From assembly GCA_028023455.1 (NCBI GenBank), contig JAQFVV010000010.1, positions 16,616,001 to 16,680,000 on the forward strand: a stretch of DNA of 64,000 bases, in the 5' to 3' direction. The translations under genes were made by a program, and so were the position numbers. Below, one piece after another: positions 27,520-40,400 of the stretch. The number at the start of each line of letters is the position of its first letter. Position 1 is the first letter of the stretch. Source of the DNA: Epiperipatus broadwayi (lineage: Eukaryota > Animalia > Onychophora). A model generated the notes under the pieces. The model was given only the letters and a program-made list of their open reading frames with translations, was not told the DNA's origin and searched no databases.

Positions 27520-27714
27520 AATAAAATTTTAAAATTTTCTTTTTATTTCATTAACTTTTTAAAATAATTTCATTCTTCAACTAATATAACTATTTATGCA
27601 GATCATTATTTATTTTAATGAAAAGAACATACATTCACTGTGGTTGGACTTAGGATCTTAGCTAGTCCACAGTGAATGGTGAAGCCAGCTATATATAATG
27701 TAATACGCACAGCT

Positions 27715-28120
27715 TCAATATAAGGGATTTGAAGTCAGATTTTCAAGCCACTTCCATCATCCACACTATCTCATACTACTGATACACATGACCACACACA
27801 TACAGAAACGATAAATAATCATGAATATACATATTTCGTGCTGAACCAGCACTCATCAGTTGGTCCAGATTATCATCTCCCATACATATATACAATCAGT
27901 GCTCAGTTTATATGCTTATACTTCAATGGACAGGTTTCAATCTACTCCAACCTCCAACTCTTCAGCCATCCATACTATTGAAAATCTGATGATAGAATTC
28001 CCAAATCCCATGCTGATGCCAATAATTTTATCATACCCATGTTGACCTCAAGTCATTTTGACCCCTTTTGTATAGGACAGTATCCATTTAAATACATAGA
28101 AGACGGATGGGTAGAATGCA
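27715..28120 (-). repeat. Family A hammerhead repeat copy
   Basis: Same orientation as 11390-11770. The minus-strand HHR keeps G10.1-C11.1: CTGATGA-GTGCT-ggttc-AGCAC-GAAA (core at 27859-27853). Confidence 0.85.
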
Positions 28121-28654
28121 GTCGAACAGAATATATTACAGTAATAATACTACTATTTTATATTTACGATAGTGGTATTCCATCATCACTATCATAATAA
28201 AGCAACAACTATGATAAATAAAATTTATTTACACTAGTATTCCTAATTAATAATATACTTTATATTTTCTGATAGGAAAATATAATTATAATAATGCATA
28301 TTGATTTTAAAAAGTCTACACTAAAATTAACACTTATTAAAAACTTAACATGTAAAATTATCCTTAAGACATCAAGCATATAGTTCATATATATTTTAAT
28401 ATTCTGATATGAAATTAAAGTAAAAAAAAAAATATAGTTGATTAAAAACTTTATCATTTTGTAAATTATTTGTCATAAAATGTCTAAACGAACCTATAAA
28501 TTTACTTATGAAATATTTAAATTATATTTAAGAATTATATATTGCTTGTATATGCTATTTTCATTTATTTTCAAAATTTATCTCATAATAACACTCAGAT
28601 GTTTCATTCCATCTTTCTCTCTTTCAATTATAAATATGCATCTAACTCTTGATG

Positions 28655-29115
28655 TTTTCCTGAAGGTTTGTGATGATGGTGTTTTAGTTGTATTTTATAT
28701 TGGATTGTTTCCATCATCAAATATGAGTATTGAATGTTTTTAAAAAAATTTAACTTTATTTAAATATTCCAAATACATTCAACTGTTAGTAACAGCACAT
28801 CAAAGAGATTAGTAAATGCACAACATTTCAAGAGGTATTATTCTCCCCTCTTTGTTTCAGTTGGTTAGAGTATTACCTTAAAAGTCAATAATCAAGTATC
28901 TAAAGGTCCAGATTTGAATCCCATTTTAGTACTGTCACTGGTCAGCAACACCTGAATAAGGGGGGAGAATAATACTTCTCAAAACATGCATATACTAACT
29001 TGTTTGATGTGCTATTATTAACAGTTGAATGTATTTGGAATATTTAAATAAAGTTAAATTTTTCTAAAGACATTCAATACATATATTAATTAGATGATGG
29101 AAATAGTCCAATATA
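28655..29115. repeat. Two family B copies in inverted orientation
   Basis: The left arm (minus, HHR-like at ~28822-28862) and right arm (plus, CTGAATA at 28952) are mutual reverse complements. Partial A-box cagttggttagag at 28858 and B-box-like gatttgaatcc at 28911. Confidence 0.8.
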
Positions 29116-29955
29116 AAAATACAAATTTAACTATTGAGTTCAAATCTCTATTATTCATATATTTCTAGGAATATCAAATCATTCCTTTTCACCTTTCATC
29201 ATAAAATCAATAAATAAATATCATTTGTGATAAAAAATTTCTCTTCTTTTGCCTTCATAAATACTTACAACTTTTTACAGTCCACTTATTATTCTAACCA
29301 AATTCTAAACTATACCATTTATGATGAAATATCCAGTGATGATTAATAGTGATTATAGTGAGGGACATGAACATAAGAATAACTCATACTAATAGGAAAT
29401 ATCATGGTTACAGTAATTATGGTCATTTATTTATCATGTATCTTAAATTCCAGTCATGGCTTCTACTTAAGATCTTACTGAACTATGGAAAGAAAGCAAC
29501 TGCCCATGTACTAAATATACAGAACTTTGTTACCTGTATTTAACTCATTAATTATTGATAACATAACTAAAATATAATCTTCCTCCTCAATATCCTTAGC
29601 ACCCTGGATTTCATTTTACAACTAATTTCCCAGACCACTATCCTTCATCTTCCACATTCTGAATACTTCTCTCGACATCGCAAAGAAATTCTAAAATACT
29701 TTACGTAAAATAATCTCCAAACTTTATTTCCAAATAAATATCAAATAAAGGTCAAGAAGATTCAAAAACATTGTATACACATGATTTCATTAAATATCCA
29801 TCATTATCACATATTCATTTACTTATATCATAATACAAAATAATTCAAGTATCAGTACTTTGCATTTATTGTATCTAAACAGATACTATCTATAAATAAA
29901 TAATACAACAACTCTGTCAGATAATGAAAATTGTTCTACACAAATAAAGCATTTA

Positions 29956-30806
29956 AAACAGAGCAGCCAAAATTTCAAACCACATTAATTATAAACAACA
30001 ATTTGCCAAGCGCTTTTGGTACTGTATACCAGAATCATGGTGACATATTAGAACTGAACAGTTAATATACCAGTGCATGCTCAGTGCAGATAGGAAAAGT
30101 AATATTGATAAATATATGGATGATTTGATAGAAGTGAGATACAAAAAAACTATATTACACAGACAATTGTGTTTATTTTATCAGAATTTAAAGTTTAAAC
30201 ATAAAGTGGATGTAAATAATAAAATGATCAAAAAGTGGTTCTTTAGCTTAGGTGCCATCTGTAAGTAAGAAATTAAAAAATATTATCAGTGAAGATTATA
30301 ATGTAGGATTCCATTCCTCTTTGTGTTTAAATAGATTACTAAACAATTCAAAGGATAATGTGGAAGAAATGAATAAGTATGAAGTGGTTTATTCCATTGC
30401 TTGCAAAGAAATTGTTTGTAATGCTATTTATTATGGTGAAACAAAGGCAAATGTTTTAACATGATTACAGCAGCATATTTATCAGTATAAAAAATCTAAA
30501 AGTGATTTACAGATTAATTCTGTTTTTTCAAATCATGAAAGTAATTGTAGTCAATTTTATCCTGAAAATATTACTATTGTGTGCAATGAGTCACATGATA
30601 TACAAAGGAAGTTGAAAGAGGTTTGGTTTATTGTAAAGTCTAAAAATGTTATCAATCAATGTAACACTAGTGTACCACTGAGCATGCACTGGAATATTAA
30701 TTGTTCAGTTCCAATATGTCACCATGATTCTGGTATACAGTACCGAAAGTGCTTGGCAAATTGTTGTTTATAATTAATGTTTTTTGAAATTTTGGCTGCT
30801 TTGTTT
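29956..30806 (+). mobile_element. Penelope-like GIY-YIG 3' fragment flanked by inverted terminal repeats
   Basis: Encodes EVVYSIACKEIVCNAIYYGETKANV...QQHIY...NH...RKLKEVWFI. Positions 29956-30086 are the reverse complement of 30676-30806. Confidence 0.8.
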
Positions 30807-32591
30807 ATCACACTTTATTCATGTAGAATAATACTATCTATAACAATATCTTATAAACTCATAATCATGTTTAAAATTATGCATACTTAAGCATTCATAA
30901 AAATTGCTTAAATATCTTTAGATAACACACCTGGTATTTTCTACCTTTATATTGCATTCATAAAACAATTAATATACTTTAGATCATATAAATATGATTC
31001 TATTGGATTTAAATACTCAAGCAATATAAAAATAAACAAAATATACATTAAAATATTATTAAAATGCATAATAATTTGCTTTTAATCCCAACAATTATCG
31101 GAATTAAATACAGCGATCCCTTTTTTTTCTTGGTTGTCTGAACATATAAGTTAGAGGTATATTTTAATTTTTACTTTTTCAGAAAAGCTAAATTTTTCTG
31201 ACACCTATTATTTTTCTTTATTTTCTAAATAAATATTTTAATCTTAAAAATAAGCTTATTTCTAAACAAACATATTAACTGCATATTATTTCTAATAATA
31301 AAAATGATAATACTAAAAAAAATAGAAAAATAATAATAAATTCAAAGCTATATAAAGTTTTTGTTTAGCTTTCATTCCTCCAGCACCATCGATAAGAAAT
31401 TAAAAGAGCTCGCTCCATTACTATTGACTATGAAAAAGTTTGAATGAAACTTCTCTCCCCCACTGTGCTGAAAAAATTTCGTAAACACAAAAACTAAATC
31501 ATTTAAAATTTTTACGAAATATTATCCATCCATACTTTATAAATAGTCTATCTAAGTCCATTTTCTTAGCATTTCAAGAACAAATATATCAGAGGTAAAC
31601 ATTCTCTAAAATATAATTTTTATATTCAACAATAATTTCCATATGTACGTTTTTTTTGTATGCTGGTCCAGACTTATGACAAAAATATGACATAATATTT
31701 TATCAGGAAGCACTTATAAACATTCCAAAAAAAATAATGTCATTTATCAGATAATAAGATTTTTAGCAAACAACTTTCATTCAAATTTCTTTCCCATGTA
31801 TATGCTTGTATTTACATGGCAATAATTTCTAATAAGACATTTCTTTAAAATTCAAGATTTTTAGCTTTTCTAATACAGACATATTGATTAAACAATTTCT
31901 TGCAATATTGTATAGTCTCTTCACTCAGATAATGTTTTATAAAAAGACATAAAGATAATCTTAAAGATAACATTAAAATTCATTTTCTCTTTCAAGCAGG
32001 AAAATTTCTTTTAAAATGTAAAATTCAAAAACATTTTCTTTTCATCTTGACATGTACCATTTTAAAATATAATGTTCATTCAGGCTATTCTCTTTTAAAC
32101 AAATTATTAAAAAACATTTTTATAGATGCATTCATAGATAATATAAAATATATTCACATTTATCACGTCCCATTATAAGCATTTAATTTATTTGTATAAT
32201 ATCACTTTTATTTTTTATTTTCTTCCTTTTAAAACATGTATAACTTATTAAATAGTTTTCAACAATTATGCTCAACATAATAATAATAATAATAATAGGA
32301 TATAAATTCCACGACAGTTTATATTTATGAGGATTTATCATAACTGTTGAATGTAAATATTCTTTTACTTCACACATACAAGCAACATTAAATATAAAGT
32401 TCTTACGATTTCTGTTTTTTCTTGATGATATGGTTACAATTCTTACAGCTTCTTCTAGGCATTAGGCCAGTAATAAGATAATAACTATTGGTCTCCATAA
32501 AGTTACCATGGTTTTGTTAAGCTTTGTTATGAAATTTTATTGACAGATAATTAACTCATTTATCCAATCATGGAATACATTATAATAATTA

Positions 32592-33660
32592 CACCTGGGT
32601 CTCATTTTATGTGATAGATAGGTTCCTCAGAAAACACGCGCAAATGAAATTGTGCAAAAAATAGATGTAACTTACATTGAAAAGGGGGGGATGCGGCTGT
32701 GATTTTTCAAAATTCGTGTAAAAGCAAAGCACCAATGTAAAATTACTTTAAAATTCGCGAAAAAAAAAAAAAAAAAAGGAAATAAAATATGACTAATAAA
32801 AAATTTCAAATTTGAAAAAATTGATACAAAACAAACTTTTTTTAACTATAATATTTAATTTTATTTAAAATAATATATTTTTATGCATAATTTACAGGAC
32901 AGTAATTTACATTTTTTATACATGTTTTAATTATTATAGCTATTTGCTGAAAAACACGTTCGTTTGCAAACAACTAGCGCCAACTTCACACTCATGTTGT
33001 GTCAATGGTTTTCTGGTGACAACGTAATTAGTAATTAAACTTTGAGATGATTTTATTAATTGTTTATGAAACTAACAACTAAAAATTAAATTCTTATTTT
33101 TGTCTTTAATTTTCAATTCCGTTTAAAAATCAAATTTCACATCACATTATTTCAAGTTGCCGTAAGTAATTTTTAAATTGTTAATTACAATTAAAAATCA
33201 GATTTTAATTTTTAATTGTCAAATTTAATTGTGCCCACTGCTATTACTGACCTTTTAAAAATAAACTTGTGGACACTAAATGATTAATAATTGATTACGT
33301 TCTTTTTTAAAAAGCAAAAACAGAATGTGATTTAAAATGCAAAATTAACACACACAATGTTTGAACAAATTTACATTATAATCTTGTAAAATTTAATGTG
33401 TGTATACATAAAATGTGGAAATCATGATTTTAATTTCATTATTGCATAAAATTTTACTATTATAAAGCACTGAAAATATTGAAATTATTAAGTTGAAAGT
33501 CGAATTCCAATAATGTGCTATTACTTTCAATATAATGTAAGTGTGCAAAATTTATTATTTAAAGTAATAGCGCAATATCGAAGTTCGACTTCCGGTGAAA
33601 CACGAATCACGTAACTTCAAAATCGTGTTAAATAAGTCTGCGTAAAAAGAGACCCAGGTG
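32592..33660. mobile_element. Tc1/mariner-pogo (Tigger-like) non-autonomous element
   Basis: TA|CACCTGGGTCTCATTTTATG ... CGTAAAAAGAGACCCAGGTG|TA gives ~20-bp TIRs with a TA TSD. No ORF. Internal subterminal hairpin at ~33496-33592. Confidence 0.75.
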
Positions 33661-35239
33661 TATTTAAACTTATACTTTTAACTTTTTACTAAAAAATAAA
33701 ATATTTTATAAAAATGTAAAATTAAATTAAGATAAATTAAAGATAAGATAAAACAAGACTAAAAAAACTGAACTGAACTGATTGCTACCTATATTTATAC
33801 TTTCTTATCAAGTAATTTCATTGGCTAATCCAAGTTATTCTGAGACACTAATTTACCTATCTACTACTTTTTTGGCTACAAAATAATTTTCTAAATATTA
33901 TGATTAATTAACTTTTATATTATATAAAATTTATTTAATATTTTATAATATAAAATACCTTTATTTAAACACTAAAATACGTTTAATAATATGAATATTA
34001 ATTTTAAAATAGAAAATACTATTTATAAAACACAATAAAATTAATTGCTACTTTTTAAAATAAAATTTGCAAATATTAATTTTGCAACATTTTAATGTTT
34101 TAATTTTATCAACCAGGAACTAAAATTAATATTACTGTCTAACACATGTAAGCTCAAGGACAAATACACACACTTTAAAGACATGTGACACTGCTTTAAA
34201 ATATTCTAGATTAATTTAATTGTTTATTATTTAAAATAATAACTTAAATAAAGAAAATTATTTAAAATATGTTAGAAAGATTATAATATTAAATATTGTA
34301 ATTAGACTATTGTTTTAACATTATATTCTTTAAATATAATAACAATTAAATAATTTTATCTCTCAAATAATATATTATATTTCAATTTTATCATTAAAAC
34401 ATATTAATGCAACTTTACAATACTTTAAATAGCTTTATAAACTCTTTACCTAACAAGTTTAAGCTTATTTTACTAACAAAAATAAAGACAAAATATTATG
34501 AACTAATAAAAAAATTATTTAAACTAGCTGTTTTAAAATTCTATTTTAAATGACTGTGGTAAATGGCATGGTTACAATATATACACACAAACATGCACAC
34601 AAGCCACTTGTACAATATTACAAATTTTCACTGTAAAATCTATTCTTCCCCATCTTTTCTTCATTTATATCTGATTTATTCCTTTCCTGCTGTACATAAT
34701 TTACTTATAGCTTAAGTATTTTCATATTCTATTAAGCTCACATTGACATCTTATTCAAATCCTTTTTGTTTGTTTTAATATAATTTTATATCTTTTCTTT
34801 TTTACATTTTCTTATGTTTATTTCTTTTAAACTTTTGTCCATCCCCTTCTCCCATTTTCAGATTGACTTCATTTGATTATGATTACAATATACATCTAAA
34901 ATCACTCCAATTATTCAAATGTAACTCCTTTCCCTTAAAATATTTTTTTTTGTATAAAGGATTCATGTAGTATCAAGTTCAATGTTATATCCTTAGCTCA
35001 TTGTTTTTAATCTCTCATTAAAGTAAGATATTATTGAATAATTTTTCCACTCCCTTGGATATTAAATCATTCTTCCATTCTGTTCATTTAACAGTGAGAT
35101 TGTTTCATATATTTAATGATTTTTCTAATCCTGTTTTCACAATATTTCTGATAACCAACATTATTTTATCATCAGTGTTTTGCTCACTGTTTCATTATTC
35201 TTTATCATTTCAGTAATACAAGATTTAGTATTAGTGTTT

Positions 35240-36540
35240 GTCTGAAAATTTGTGATAGTGGTATTTTATTTATAATTATATCTTGGATGTTTCCATCATT
35301 TGGAATTACAATTGTTAAATATTTTTAGAAAAATTCAAATTTTATTTAAACTTTTTAAATATATTCAACTGTTAGGAATGGTATTATTCTCCTCTTTTCT
35401 TCAGGTATGACTGAACCCAATCAACAACAGTATTAGCATGGAATTGATTCTGAGAAATTTTAATTCATAAGTACTGAAATTAATGTGATGCTATAATCAA
35501 CTAGTCTATATTGTCAAAGGCAATAATCAATAAAATGTCTATATTTATCTAAGAGGGTCCCCTGATTTTTACATTTTTCTTAAAAACAAAGTTTATGAGT
35601 GATTCCCAAACATTATGCATTCATTATCCACAATAAATCAACTTACAGGATTATTTGCCATCATCATGTAAGCAGCTTTTTTAAATTTTCTTCTTTGTAC
35701 AATTTCCTTTCTGTCCTTTATTTTTATCTTTTCCTGCTTGAATATATATTTATTGATACATATATTGTCTGCTCCTTTAAAAACAGCTATTATTTCCTTT
35801 TTAGTCTTTACTTTGTGCTTCTTTATTCTTCAATAGGGTCATCAGTTTTATCAATATATGTCCTTCTACATTTGCATGATATTTCATAAATACAGTTTTT
35901 GTTTTTTGGCATTTTCTAGGTTTTGTAGAAATTAGTACTCCTTGTAATGTGATGTGGCTTTGGAAAGCTGTTCGGATATTATACTGATTGCAATCATTTT
36001 TTAGTTCATCTGCTTTTCCTAATACGTATATAGATATTACAGAATTTATAATTGGTTTTTCTTTATAGTTTTTTATTGTTTATTAAAGTTTTAATTAATA
36101 ATAGCAAATGAATAAGCATTCTTCTTGAGAGTTTAGTATATGAAAGACCTTTTTTTCCAAGTCATGGTTTTTGAAGAATTTTTTTTTGCTCTGTTCCATA
36201 GTGATAGTACAACTCCAATTTAAAAGTTCTGTAATTATAAGTTTTTTGTAATCTGTAGTTTTTAATTTGAATTCGTTGTGAGGGAGTTTTATCACAAGAA
36301 CGTTTAAATATGTTAGTTTTTGTTCTAATATGCTTGTGAATTTAATTGAGAGGTATATATTATTGATCTGTATCCAGAATGTTTGTAGTAGTGTGGAACC
36401 ATATAGTAATACAACAAATGTATCCTCAACTTAAGAAAATCATACTTTATGTAGATATAAGGTAGTATTTATAGTTGTGGTTTTAAGTTTTTTCATATGG
36501 TAAATCCATAACTGTCTTTTACATGGAAGATCTTGAAATT
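35240..36540 (-). mobile_element. Penelope-like element remnant: RT C-terminus, GIY-YIG endonuclease and family B terminal repeat
   Basis: Minus-strand IKFTSILEQKLTYLNVLVIK...YKK (~IKFTxExxxxLPFLDVxV..YRK) near 36200-36340 and NCIYEISCKCRRTYIDKT (GIY-YIG) near 35840-35900. HHR core CTGAAGA at 35404-35398. Confidence 0.8.
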
Positions 36541-36740
36541 ACAACCATAAATACTATTTCATCTCTCGGTAAAGTCTAGTTTTATTATGTTGAAGTACGT
36601 ATCAACAACACAACTGCAACAAACAAAAAGAATAGTTAAATTTTAAATTAAAGTTAATTTTGCAAAAAATATTTCCATCTATTGCATGATTCTGAAGATT
36701 TAGTTAAAGTTATAAACTTCAATAAAAATTTGCGAGTCAT

Positions 36741-37221
36741 CTCTTTACAGAAATAAGTAACAAAATAGTGGTCAATTTCAGTTAACTTTTATTAGATACA
36801 GAAATGTGCTGAGATGAGTTTTGATGGTTATTAGAATAAAAAAATTAAACGATATTTATATCTAAAACTAATTCATATTTTGCTTCTTTTTTTTTTTCAA
36901 TCTCTTTACAGAAATAAGTAACAAAATGGTGGTCAATTTCAGTTAACTTTTATTAGATACAGAAATGTGCTGAGATGAGTTTTGATGGTTATTAGAATAA
37001 AAAAATTAAACGATATTTATATCTAAAACTAATTCATATTTTGCTTCTTTTTTTTTTTCAATCTCTTTACAGAAATAAGTAACAAAATGGTGGTCAATTT
37101 CAGTTAACTTTTATTAGATACAGAAATGTGCTGAGATGAGTTTTGATGGTTATTAGAATAAAAAAATTAAACGATATTTATATCTAAAACTAATTCATAT
37201 TTTGCTTATTTTTTTTTTCAA
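36741..37221. repeat. Tandem triplication of a ~160-bp unit
   Basis: tctctttacagaaataagtaacaaaat... starts at 36741, 36901 and 37062, and the copies are nearly identical. Confidence 0.95.
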
Positions 37222-38825
37222 ATAAAAATTAGCTGTGAAAAGTATGCTATTTGTAAGATGTGTTTGAGGAACTCTATGAACTTAATATATCTCTGCAGAT
37301 GAAAATATAAAATATTTTTACATGGAAATTTAAAATTCAGTCATTCTTGAAAAAATTAAAAGTATGAAAAATAATTAATTTGAAGTATTATTTTTGAAAA
37401 TGATTTATTTTGATTTGATTAAGTAGAGTATATTGATCTCTTGGTATAATTTGAAAAAAATTATTCCCATGAATACTTATTGGAACTATGCAGTAACTAA
37501 TTAGATATAATTGCAAAAATCATTTATTTTAGAAATGAATCAGTTGAAATAGCTCTCTTCAAAAGCTTAGAAAGAATTTTTAGAGCTTTCATGTGATTCT
37601 CATCTTAGATTTGAATTTTCAAAAAATGAACTCTTTGAATGGTTTTATTAAAGAGAGGCAAAACTCCCCATACAGTAGCACCACTCAGTGCAAGCCAGAG
37701 TAAACAATGGATGCACTGGGTGGTGCTACTGTATGGAGAGTTTTGCCTCTCTGAAAAATAGCTTGTGTAAACATAAAAAATGACAAACATGTGATATTTG
37801 ATGGTTTTATTAAAGCTAAATTTTCAATATTGTTTCAAGTTATCAATAACAGTTTTTTTTTATCATTAGCACTTATTTGTGAGAATCAGCAACTCCAGTA
37901 TTGATTGGTCTTAAATCAAAATACTTTTCAAATCTTAATATCATTAAAATAGTTTGGAGACCAGAGTTGACAAATATTAAGTCATGCTATGAACTTATTA
38001 TTTTGAAATAAACAAACTCCACATATCCCATTAAAAGTAAATATTTTTCTTAACTTGTTTTTACATTTTGGTTAATTTTTGTTTGGTTTTATTTTTGTTT
38101 GGATATTATTTTATAATTAAAGACTCATTGTATATAGTCGTAGTGCCTACTGGTTTTATAACTAAGGGAGGAAATCACAAAGTTTTTGTGGGAGCAAAGG
38201 TGCATTGAACATGTATAAATATATCCAAGCTTATAGGAACAAATCTGCAGAAATATGGAAGAATATTAATTATTACCAGAATATTATTATGAATAACTTT
38301 AATTGACAGAAGTAAAATTATTTCTAAAACAACTAATTTAACAGATCACATGGCCAATTGGAGCTGGAGTTGATGAGAAAGATTCCCAGTAGGTTGGCCT
38401 GCAAAGTCTTTATATCACTTTTCAGTAATAAGGATTTATTTGACCAGAATAGTTGTATATATTTTAATGCTGATAGTCTAAATTTATTGTTAAAAGTTCA
38501 ATCTTTACTAAATCTACTTTTTGATGTAATAGATTACACTATCACCAAAAAATTTTAGTAATTAAAAATTATTTTAATGTTTTCTAATTCAAGTTATGCA
38601 TTTTCACAAAATAATTTCAGAAATATTCATTTCCATTTTACTTAAAATTTATCTTCATTACTGCATTCACACCCTATTTCCTAAAATTAACAATCCATAA
38701 CATACATCTGTTTCAGTGACAAAGTGTGACTTTTTTAGGAATGGAAGCACCCGTCTTTTTTTTATATGTTTTTATTTCACTTGCCACAACAATTTTTACA
38801 TAATAGCACCTAATATATATATATA

Positions 38826-39250
38826 TAACCTATAGAAACCAGTCATCACCTAAACATGCCAATATAGATTGTAATCAATATTTCTCACTGTTGTCAAGGC
38901 AACCTCTCTCCTTTTAATAATAAGTGGAAATCCACTTTTACTAATGGTCCAATGAATATATATGGACACTTAAAGATTGCAACGTGATCACAAAGATTGA
39001 AATATTGATACAATGAAGATTTAAATAAACCTCTTTAAACACGAAATAAACATGTCATGTAATGAAGACTAATAAAGTCAATTATAACTTTACAAATTGC
39101 AATATTTTTAAATTGCTCATGTATTATTTAAATAATAAGTGAAATAATGCTTAAAGCTAAATTGGATAAAATGTAACCTATAGAAACCAGTTACCACCTA
39201 AATATGCCAATATAGATAGTAATCAATATTTCTCACTGTTGTCAATATAT
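38826..39250. repeat. ~350-bp repeat family D (monomer plus partial second copy), also at ~42660-43100
   Basis: agaaaccagt..cacc.aaa.atgccaatat...aatcaa...ctca..ctgtt.tcaa recurs with a ~348-bp period here and a ~354-bp period at 42660/43014. Confidence 0.65.
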
Positions 39251-39543
39251 TACACACATCTAGAATAATCTGAAACTCTCTTATCTATAAATCAAAGAAT
39301 ATATTATCAATATATTTTTATCTTCCAAATCCTTTTAACATTCTTAAAAGTTTTAGCTGTAAATTAAATCTTAGCATTGTTTGAACTTCTTATAAACTAT
39401 GGAAATGAAGGAAAGCATTAGTCAAGTTCATTCTTTCTATGTATATAGAAACAATTCAATTGTTGATAAAAAATTGAAAGTCAAAGTAATTCCATACAAA
39501 AAAGTAATGAATTTAAATTGGTCATTACAATCAGATTAAACAA

Positions 39544-40400
39544 GGCAAAACTCTCCATACAATAGTGCCACCTTGTGCCAACCAGAGTAATCAATGGATG
39601 CCAGAAGACGTGTATAAAATCCCTATCTAATGCCTACTCATCCAATATCCCCAGACTAGTTTCTGGCTTGTGGCCTTCATCAGTAAGGAGCTTTGGATCT
39701 GTGAGCACTGCACCTAGATCTTAGGATCTAAAGCAACCCTCCAGCAAACACCTTTTATCTCTACTTAACTACAAAACTATGAGAATGAAATTGAAAACAC
39801 AATAATATTTTCAATCTAAGCTCAATAGCTTATATAGTCATATGGATCTGAACTCAGTTCAGCACCCATACATTTTGGCTCTTTAACAACCATAGCCACC
39901 ACTATTATTATAAGGCAGGATTGGTGTTAAACCACTAAACATCACATGATCACCATCTCTTATACTAGCACATAATTGTTATTAAATAAGGCAAAACTCT
40001 CCATACAGTAGTGCCACCCTGTGCCAACCAGAGTAATCAATGGATGCCAGAAGGCTTGTGCATAAAATCCCTATCTAATGCCTACTCATCCAATATCCCC
40101 AGACTAGTTTCTGGCTTGTGACATTTGTCAGTGAGGAGCTTTGGATCTGAGAGCACTGAACCTAGATCTTAGGATCTAATGCAACTCTCCAGCAACCACC
40201 TTTTATCTCTACAAGCCAGAAACTAGTCTGGGGATATTGGATGAGTAGGCATTAGATAGGGATTTTATGCACAAGCCTTCTGGCATCCATTGATTACTCT
40301 GGTTGGCACAGGTAGCACTACTGTATGGAGAGTTTTGCCTTGTTTAATAACAATTATGTGCTACTATAAGAGATTGTGATCATGTGATGTTTAGTGGTTT
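39544..40400. repeat. Family C: head-to-tail tandem (~447-bp period) followed by an inverted partial copy
   Basis: ggcaaaactctccatac recurs at 39544 and 39990. HHR helix III recurs at 39653 and 40101 (minus). Positions 40212-40400 are inverted. The HHR at 39641-39698 has an intact core. Confidence 0.88.

Noticed and set aside
27634-27690. 12-bp-arm hairpin cattcactgtgg...ccacagtgaatg
   Set aside because: Short arms in a window full of repeat-derived inversions, with no additional support for function.
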